Position numbers and translations under genes: made by a program
Assembly: GCA_028293425.1 (NCBI GenBank)
Contig: JAQGOV010000424.1
Span: 1 to 12,729, forward strand
Length of the DNA: 12,729 nt
Reading direction: 5' to 3'
From: Verrucomicrobiales bacterium
GTDB taxonomy: Bacteria; Verrucomicrobiota; Verrucomicrobiia; Limisphaerales; JAQGOV01
Notes under the pieces: generated by a model
What the model was told of the DNA's origin: nothing
Database searches by the model: none
What the model saw: only the letters and a program-made list of their open reading frames with translations
Part shown: one piece after another, positions 6,465 through 12,729 of the stretch
How positions within the stretch are numbered: position 1 is the stretch's first letter
Layout of the letters: each line of letters opens with the position of its first letter

Positions 6465-7859
6465 ATGAATACTAAAGATCTCATCCGCCTCGGAGTTCCG
6501 CTGGGCGAAGCCCAGGGTCGGGGCGTCGATTTCATCAGCACCTACGTTTTGCGAGGCGGAGATAAAACGCGCTTGGAGCAGGAAGTATCAGCCATTGTGG
6601 CGAACCCAGCCGCGTATGTTCAGGATTCATTGCGAGGGGAGTTCGCAAAGGCCCTGCTTCAGCCAGCACCTTTTGCGCACGCCAAGCCGGTGCCCTACAA
6701 GCAATGGGGCGAAGGACTGGAGCACGAAGCGGTCATGCAAATGGAAACAGCCTGCCTGGTGCCGGTCGCCCTCGCAGGCGCACTCATGCCGGATGCACAT
6801 GTGGGTTATGGGCTGCCCATCGGGGGCGTGCTTGCCACGGACAATGCCGTGATTCCTTATGCAGTGGGAGTGGACATCGCCTGCCGCATGAAGATGACGA
6901 TTCTCGATATTCCAACCAAAGACCTCGAGCGCAAGCAGGATCGATTAACAAAAGCGATTGAGGCTGAAACGCGTTTTGGAGTGGGTGCCGTATTCAAGAA
7001 TCGCAGGGAACATCGAGTGCTCGAAGCCGACTGGTCTTGCAGCCCCATCACGAAGCAGTCCCGGGATAAGGCGTGGTCGCAGCTTGGGACCAGTGGCAGT
7101 GGCAATCACTTTGTTGAGTTCGGCACGTTCACAGTCGGAGATTCACGTCTTGGTTTGCAACCTGGCGACTATTTGGCATTGCTGAGCCACAGCGGCAGCC
7201 GAGGCACGGGCGCGGCTGTGTGCGACTACTATAGCAAGCTTGCGGTCAGGAAACGCCCCGAGCTGCCCCGCGAACTGAGCCGGCTGGCCTGGCTTTCGTT
7301 GGATGAGCAGGAAGGGCAGGAATATTGGGCAGCCATGGAATTGATGGGACAATATGCGGCCGCTAATCACGCGCTCATCCACCAGCATATCGCGAGCTAT
7401 CTTGGAGCTGAAGTGCTCCTGGATTTGGAAAACCATCATAACTTCGCCTGGAAGGAAAAGCATTTCATCAACGGCGTTCAGCGAGAGGTCGTCGTTCATC
7501 GGAAAGGGGCTACCCCGGCCGGCAAGGGAACCTTGGGCATCATCCCGGGCAGCATGGCTTCGCCTGGATTCGTGGTGCGCGGCAAAGGAAATGACGATTC
7601 GCTCCACTCCGCCTCCCATGGAGCTGGACGAGTCATGAGCCGCACCAGGGCAAGCCAAACTTTCAATTGGAAGGAAGTGAACATGCACCTGCGGGAACGC
7701 GGCGTTACCCTCATTTCCGCGGGACTGGATGAGGTGCCAATGGTTTATAAGGACATTCACCAGGTCATGGCCGCGCAGTCAGACCTGGTGGAAGTTCTAG
7801 GGCGTTTCGATCCACGGCTGGTCAAAATGGCGCCTGCTGGCGAACGGCCCGAGGATTAA
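6465..7859 (+). CDS. rtcB: RNA-splicing ligase RtcB (3'-phosphate/5'-OH RNA ligase), E. coli-type
   Basis: Aligns near full length to E. coli RtcB by eye (MPDAHVGYGLPIGGV, VGVDIACRM, LGTSGSGNHF, LLSHSGSRG, ENHHNF, IIPGSMASPGF, SHGAGRVMSRT, PMVYKDIHQVMAAQSDLVEV). The metal-binding Cys/His residues and the guanylylated His are present. The ATG-initiated ORF is 464 aa. An in-frame TTG at 6630, preceded by AGGA, would give 409 aa, matching the E. coli length of 408. No rtcA or rtcR is nearby. No Shine-Dalgarno precedes the 6465 ATG. Confidence 0.9.
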   Translation: MNTKDLIRLGVPLGEAQGRGVDFISTYVLRGGDKTRLEQEVSAIVANPAAYVQDSLRGEFAKALLQPAPFAHAKPVPYKQWGEGLEHEAVMQMETACLVPVALAGALMPDAHVGYGLPIGGVLATDNAVIPYAVGVDIACRMKMTILDIPTKDLERKQDRLTKAIEAETRFGVGAVFKNRREHRVLEADWSCSPITKQSRDKAWSQLGTSGSGNHFVEFGTFTVGDSRLGLQPGDYLALLSHSGSRGTGAAVCDYYSKLAVRKRPELPRELSRLAWLSLDEQEGQEYWAAMELMGQYAAANHALIHQHIASYLGAEVLLDLENHHNFAWKEKHFINGVQREVVVHRKGATPAGKGTLGIIPGSMASPGFVVRGKGNDDSLHSASHGAGRVMSRTRASQTFNWKEVNMHLRERGVTLISAGLDEVPMVYKDIHQVMAAQSDLVEVLGRFDPRLVKMAPAGERPED

Positions 7860-7956
7860 AGTGAACGAGCCTCACAATATTTCGCGGCCCGATGCATTTG
7901 CTCGATCTCCCGTTCTTCTCCGCTAATCTTTCTCCAGATGGTGAGCTGTATTTTAT

Positions 7957-9234
7957 ATGTCGTCCGGTGATCCTGCCTCCGAATCAAAACAGGGTCAGCA
8001 GAGGATTATCGCGGAGACTCCTTATGCGGTTCTGCGCAACCGCAACTATTTATTCTACCTGATCGGGCGGCTCATTGCATCGTTTGGCCAACAGATGCTG
8101 ACGGTAGCGGTGGGCTGGGAACTCTACGAGCGCACCCATTCGGCAATGGCCCTGGGCATGGTTGGTCTTACTCAGATGATTCCAATGTTGCTGTTTACTT
8201 TGCCAGCCGGCCATCTGGCCGATACGGCCAACCGCAAGCATATCATCATGTCCATGACACTGGTGACAGCCTGCGCCAGCCTCGGGCTGACGCTGACTTC
8301 GATTTTCGAGACCCACGTGTTTTGGATTTACGCGTGCCTGTTCATCGTTGGTGCTGCTCGGACCTTCATGTGGCCTTCCAGTTCTTCGTTCCTGCCCCAA
8401 CTGGTTCCCCGCGAGCAATTCGCCAAGGCCGTGACCTGGAACTCAGGCAGTTTCCAACTTTCCTCCGTGGCTGGACCTGCGATTGGCGGGGCTGTGCTTG
8501 CGCTGACGAAAAAGGCCTACGTTATCTTTGCGTTTGATACATTCGCAGTGCTCACGTGCTTCACGCTGATCAGCTTCATCCGTTACCAGCGCAACGAAAC
8601 CCAGCGGGAGCCCATGACTGTTCAGCGGCTCCTCGCGGGCTTCCATTTTGTTTTCGAGAACCGGGTCATCCTTGGGATCATCACCCTGGACATGTTTGCA
8701 GTTCTCCTCGGCGGAGCAACCGCCCTCTTGCCAGTTTATGCCAAGGACATACTCCATGTGGGCCCAAGCGGGCTCGGGCTCCTTCAGGCCGCCCTTCCAG
8801 CCGGTTCATTGCTTTGCGCACTGATTCTGGCTCACCGTCGGCCCTTGGAGAAGGCAGGGCGGGCGCTCCTCTGGTCAGTGGCGGGGTTCGGTTTGGCCAC
8901 AATAGTATTCGGTTTGTCCGAACTCTTCTGGCTTTCCTTTGCCATGCTATTTGTTTGTGGAGCAACAGACAATATTAGCGTGGTGGTGCGCCACACGCTG
9001 GTTCAGCTTCTCACGCCAGACGAAAAACGAGGCCGCGTTTCGGCCGTGAACAGCCTTTTCATTGGCACATCCAATGAACTTGGGGGATTTGAATCCGGTT
9101 CCGTGGCTCAACTCTTCGGGCCAGTGGCTTCCGTGGTGTCCGGTGGTATTGGAACCGTCCTGGTGGTCGTCGCCATCGCCTGGTTCTGGCCTGAGATCCG
9201 CAAATATGGACGGCTCGGTGGAGCAGGGGTTTAA
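7957..9234 (+). CDS. MFS transporter, MFS_3/EntS-like (putative exporter), 425 aa
   Basis: Multi-TM hydrophobic protein. The N-terminal cytoplasmic leader is followed by YAVLRNRNYLFYLIGRLIASFGQQ, and the mid-protein LLAGFHFVFENRVILG block is analogous to EntS LLAGFRFLLASPLVGG. The general 12-TM MFS architecture is present. Confidence 0.85.
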   Translation: MSSGDPASESKQGQQRIIAETPYAVLRNRNYLFYLIGRLIASFGQQMLTVAVGWELYERTHSAMALGMVGLTQMIPMLLFTLPAGHLADTANRKHIIMSMTLVTACASLGLTLTSIFETHVFWIYACLFIVGAARTFMWPSSSSFLPQLVPREQFAKAVTWNSGSFQLSSVAGPAIGGAVLALTKKAYVIFAFDTFAVLTCFTLISFIRYQRNETQREPMTVQRLLAGFHFVFENRVILGIITLDMFAVLLGGATALLPVYAKDILHVGPSGLGLLQAALPAGSLLCALILAHRRPLEKAGRALLWSVAGFGLATIVFGLSELFWLSFAMLFVCGATDNISVVVRHTLVQLLTPDEKRGRVSAVNSLFIGTSNELGGFESGSVAQLFGPVASVVSGGIGTVLVVVAIAWFWPEIRKYGRLGGAGV

Positions 9235-9255
9235 GAACAGCAACCTGCATCACCT

Positions 9256-11019
9256 TCAATGCGCCTGTTGATGTTCCTGGATATACTCCTGCTTCAGTCC
9301 CAATTTTTCCGGTGCATGGAGCACCAGCATCTTCATCCGGACGTCCGCCGGCACTTCACGCGAGGTGAGCTTTGAAACAATTACCATGAGTGTGATTGCC
9401 AGAGGCACAGCCCAGATCGCGGGCTGTTCACAGAGAATGCGAAAAAGAGGATGAGCCGCCCAAAAGGCCGACATCTCGATCCATTTTAGATCGCTAAAGC
9501 TGGTCAAGGTGATTCCCGCCAGAGCCAGCATCCCGCCCGTCAACATTCCGGTGGCTGCCCCTTTCATGGTCATCCCGCGCCACCAGGCGCTCATAAAAAG
9601 CAAAGGAAAGTAGCTGGCCGCTGCAATGGCAAAAGCTTGCCCAACCATGAAATTGATTTGAAGTGGCTCCACTTGCATCCCAAGGAGCACCGCCACTGCC
9701 CCGACAATCACTGCGCACCATTTAAACATCCGCATCCGTTCCACCGGTGTGGACTTGGGCCGCAGGATACGACCGTAGACATCGTGAGCCAGCGCGCCAG
9801 TCATGGAGACCAGCAGGCCGCTGAAGGTGCTCATGAAGGCTGCAAAGGCTCCCGCGCACGTGATGCCGCTCAGAACTGAACCGAGCACCCCGAAGCGCGC
9901 GTTTAGTATGCGCGGAAGTTCCAGCACGATCTTATCCGTCCCTTTCGCTCCTGTTCCGGCGTAAAGTTCCGGCAAAAAGTTTCGTCCCAACACCCCAAAG
10001 ACCGGCGGAAAGACATAGAACACGCCGATCAGAATCATCACCCACATCGTAGTTCGCTTGGCGGCCACCCCATCAGGGTTCGTGTAAAACCGCACCAGGA
10101 TGTGAGGTAATCCTGCAGTGCCACAAACAAGGGCAATGATGAGAGAATAAGTATATAGTAGAGAAAACGGCTTCTGGTACTTGTCCAGATAACCCTTCTG
10201 CTCAGCGGCAGGCAAAGTGGCGGCTGCTGCTTTAATAGCCTTCGTCGTGAGTGGCCCGAAAGGGCTAATCCAGCTTTCATCTTTTGGCGCCTTTTCTGGA
10301 AGGACCTTGCGCTGCAAATTCGCATTTTGCAGGGCGGTTGGGGGAGCTCCGGTGCCATTTAGCTCGAGGTTTTTCCCGTAGGGCCCATACACGGCCAAAA
10401 GTACAAAAATTGGCACCGAAATAGCGAACATCTTCGCCCAATACTGAACCGCCTGCACGAGGGTGATGCCTTTCATGCCGCCAAGCGCGACATTGAGTGT
10501 AATAACCGCACCGACCAGCACCACGCCCGCCCAATAAGGCAAACCTGGAAAAATATAGGCCAGGGTCGTTCCCGCGCCCTTCATCTGAGGCATGGTGTAG
10601 AATAACCCAATAAAGAGCACGAACACGAGGGCGATTTTACGGAACACTGGCGAGTCGAAGCGACCTTCCGCAAAATCCGGAATGGTATAAGCTCCAAACC
10701 GTCGCAAAGGCCCAGCGATAAAAAGCAGGAGGAACAGGTAGCCACAAGCGTAACAAACCGGATACCACAGCGCATCATATCCGGAGCTCATCACCATCCC
10801 TGCCACACCCATGAACGAAGCCGCGCTGAGGTACTCGCCCGAAATGGCTGAGGCATTCCATCCAACACTGACGGATCGTCCCGCCACAAAAAAGTCGCTC
10901 GCCGTTTTGGACTTTCTGGCCGACCAGAACCCCATGTAAATGGTTGCGGCTACCGTGATGAATGAGAACCCAAGAATCCATGGATCGACAGTGAAAGCGA
11001 GAAGAGGAAGAGAATGCAT
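9256..11019 (-). CDS. actP: Cation/acetate symporter ActP family (sodium:solute symporter superfamily), 587 aa
   Basis: Strong by-eye alignment to E. coli ActP across the core (…ISGEYLSAASFMGVAGMVMSSGYD…, …GTAGLPHILVRFYT…, …NFMVGQAFAIAAASYFPLLFMSAWW…). It sits immediately downstream of a DUF485 (yjcH-like) gene, the canonical pairing. It lacks the E. coli N-terminal signal-like extension. It carries a roughly 60-aa hydrophilic loop insertion before the GTAGLPHIL motif. Confidence 0.88.
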   Translation of the reverse strand: MHSLPLLAFTVDPWILGFSFITVAATIYMGFWSARKSKTASDFFVAGRSVSVGWNASAISGEYLSAASFMGVAGMVMSSGYDALWYPVCYACGYLFLLLFIAGPLRRFGAYTIPDFAEGRFDSPVFRKIALVFVLFIGLFYTMPQMKGAGTTLAYIFPGLPYWAGVVLVGAVITLNVALGGMKGITLVQAVQYWAKMFAISVPIFVLLAVYGPYGKNLELNGTGAPPTALQNANLQRKVLPEKAPKDESWISPFGPLTTKAIKAAAATLPAAEQKGYLDKYQKPFSLLYTYSLIIALVCGTAGLPHILVRFYTNPDGVAAKRTTMWVMILIGVFYVFPPVFGVLGRNFLPELYAGTGAKGTDKIVLELPRILNARFGVLGSVLSGITCAGAFAAFMSTFSGLLVSMTGALAHDVYGRILRPKSTPVERMRMFKWCAVIVGAVAVLLGMQVEPLQINFMVGQAFAIAAASYFPLLFMSAWWRGMTMKGAATGMLTGGMLALAGITLTSFSDLKWIEMSAFWAAHPLFRILCEQPAIWAVPLAITLMVIVSKLTSREVPADVRMKMLVLHAPEKLGLKQEYIQEHQQAH

Positions 11020-11024
11020 ATGAA

Positions 11025-11420
11025 CTACTTTGAGGTGGACACGACGGCCTTCACTTCATCCTCCTCGAGCGCGATCGAGCGCTTGATGAAGATGAACGAG
11101 ATAATCCAAACAAAAGGGAAGAACAGGACACCCAGGATTAGCCACGTAATTGTGAAACCGAACACCCGCTTGGACATCAACTCCGGCAGAAAATAATTGG
11201 CGAGTGGCAAACCCAGGAGTGCGATCACGAACGTCGCGGCACAAGCGATGGACAACCGAAGCTGCCGACGCATCAAGGTATGGAGGAAGGCGTCACTATG
11301 AATATCAATGCGCTCAGCCTTGGGGGAAGCCTGCACGTCATTCGGGTTCATGTGGAATGGTCTAACAAATGAGAATCGCTGGGGCAATCCTTTCTCCCTA
11401 ATATCTTCATAATCAGGCAT
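11025..11420 (-). CDS. yjcH: DUF485 (YjcH-like) small inner-membrane protein, partner of ActP
   Basis: Small ORF ending 5 nt before the actP start. It has two predicted TM helices (LSIACAATFVIALLGLPLANYF and FTITWLILGVLFFPFVWIISFIF) in the DUF485 topology. Its position upstream of actP is conserved. The start is uncertain: 11420 gives 131 aa and the internal ATG at 11349 gives about 108 aa. Neither has a clear Shine-Dalgarno. Confidence 0.75.
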   Translation of the reverse strand: MPDYEDIREKGLPQRFSFVRPFHMNPNDVQASPKAERIDIHSDAFLHTLMRRQLRLSIACAATFVIALLGLPLANYFLPELMSKRVFGFTITWLILGVLFFPFVWIISFIFIKRSIALEEDEVKAVVSTSK

Positions 11421-11459
11421 GAATATTTATCACGCTGCCGCATTCCAACCAAAACTCTA

Positions 11460-12729
11460 TGCATAAGCTTCTCCAAAACCTGCTGGTGCTCGCTGTTTCA
11501 GCGTTGCCCACCTTTGTGGCCCAATCGGCACTTCCTCCTGATTATCGTTTCAAAGCGGAGGTTCTCGCCACAAGTTTACCTCAGCCAATGGAGCTGGAGC
11601 TTGCGCCGGATGGCCGCATTTTTTTCAACGAAATCGAGGGAAAGCTGAAGGTCTACAAACCTGAAACCCGCGAAGTGGTCCTCGCTGGCCAACTCAAAGT
11701 CTTTACAGCCCTGGAGAATGGTTTTCTGGGTTTCGCCCTGGACCCAGGATTCGTGAGCAATAGTTGGGTTTACCTTTATTATTCCCCCACCAATTACTCC
11801 GGGCAACGCCTGAGCCGCTTTCAGATGCAGAAGGACACATTGGATCTTGCGAGTGAAATCAAGGTCCTCGAGTTTGGGGAGCAGCGCCGCGAATGCTGCC
11901 ACCACGCTGGGTCCGTTGAATTCGGGCCGGATGGAAACCTTTTCATTTCGACCGGTGATAACACGCATCCAGGCGGCGATTCGGCAGGCTACGCCCCGAT
12001 CGATGAACGGCCGGGCCAGGAGCCCTTCGATGCTCAGAAATCGGCCGCCAACACGCACGATCTACGCGGGAAGATCCTCCGCATTCGGCCAACCGTGGAG
12101 GGCGGCTACACCATTCCCGATGGAAACCTCTTCTCCAAGGACGGCTCGCAAGGTCGACCGGAAATCTATGTCATGGGCTGCCGCAATCCCTGGCGCATGA
12201 GTATCGATGAGCGGACTGGGATCGTTTACTGGGGAGAGGTTGGACCCGATGCTGGCGGCGACGGGTCGCGCGGTCCGCGCGGTTACGACGAAATCAACCA
12301 GGCACGCAAAGCGGGGAATTTTGGCTGGCCTTTCTTCGTGGGCAGCAACTTCGCTTATGTGAAATACGATTTTGCCACTAAACAAATTGGGCCCAGGTTC
12401 GATCCGGCGGCCCCTAGCAATACCAGCCCGAACAACACTGGCTCCAAAGTATTGCCACCTGCCCAACCGGCTTTTATCTACTGGCCCTATGGCGAATCGA
12501 AGGAGTTTCCTGTCCTCGGCCAGGGCGGTCGCACGGCCTGTGCCGGGCCGGTTTTTCATTTTAAACCCGAGTTTCGCAAAACCGGCGGATTCCCCGACTA
12601 TTATGACAATTGCCTGCTCTTTTACGATTGGCAACGGCCTTTCATGAAGTGGGCACGGTTGGATTCGGAATCACACCTGGTTCGGATCGATCCTTTTCCG
12701 GCGACCTTCACGATCGCGAACGACCGGGA
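11460..12729 (+). CDS. PQQ-dependent sugar (glucose/sorbosone) dehydrogenase-family beta-propeller protein, secreted; 3'-partial (runs off the window)
   Basis: My own translation of the + strand from the ATG at 11460 gives 423 codons with no stop to the window end. It has a signal peptide (MHKLLQNLLVLAVSALPTFVAQSA). It has GSDH-family hallmark blocks (LELAPDGRIFF, HHAGSVEFGPDGNLFISTGD, LRGKILRI, IPDGNLF, EIYVMGCRNPWRMSID, GWPFF). It is absent from the supplied ORF track because there is no in-window stop. The minus-strand ORFs 11576..12058 and 12062..12634 are antisense artefacts. Confidence 0.85.

Noticed and set aside
7143-7760. 205-aa minus-strand ORF inside rtcB
   Set aside because: Antisense to the strongly conserved RtcB coding sequence, with no features of its own.
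12389-12412. tRNA-like T-loop sequence GGTTCGATCC
   Set aside because: No flanking T-stem, anticodon arm or acceptor-stem complementarity. It lies inside the GSDH coding frame (…GPRFDPAAP…), so it is a coincidental match.
11576-12634. Two minus-strand ORFs of 160 and 190 aa from the ORF track
   Set aside because: They are antisense to the stop-free, motif-rich + strand GSDH gene (11460 to the window end). Their translations are Arg/Ala-rich low-complexity sequence.
1-12729. CRISPR arrays, IS elements, integrases, and phage or defence-island signatures
   Set aside because: No repeat-spacer periodicity, no transposase or integrase ORF, and no terminal inverted repeats flanking any ORF. The only dispersed repeat is the 20-bp motif around the regulator gene.

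Overview
This 12.7-kb high-GC window (roughly 55-60% GC) looks like ordinary chromosomal DNA, with no CRISPR array, transposase, integrase or rRNA/tRNA gene. It holds nine credible protein-coding genes:

- a secreted alpha/beta-hydrolase (-)
- a DUF4197 secreted protein (-)
- an orphan LuxR/NarL-type response regulator whose receiver domain lacks every phospho-acceptor residue (+)
- a flotillin/SPFH (YqiK-like) membrane protein (-)
- an E. coli-type RtcB RNA ligase (+)
- an MFS_3/EntS-like transporter (+)
- a yjcH(DUF485)-actP acetate-symporter pair (-)
- a signal-peptide-bearing PQQ-type glucose/sorbosone dehydrogenase (+), which runs off the 3' end of the window and is missing from the supplied ORF track because it has no in-window stop.

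Most other listed ORFs are antisense or overlap artefacts.

I do not see a clear new multi-gene system. The most unusual things are:

- the aspartate-less response regulator, bracketed by two 19/20-identical copies of a 20-bp palindromic motif (CTAGGAAAAnCCTAGTAGCA) plus a third half-site, in a patch that looks AT-richer than its surroundings
- a 489-bp leader region upstream of rtcB with two perfect 8-4-8 palindromes and a set of mutually exclusive RNA pairings that looks like a riboswitch or attenuator
- ambiguity over whether RtcB carries a roughly 55-aa N-terminal extension or starts at an internal TTG
- an A6/T8 inverted repeat inside the regulator gene

The phylum is not determinable from the sequence alone. 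All family assignments come from motif recognition by eye and need HMM/BLAST confirmation.
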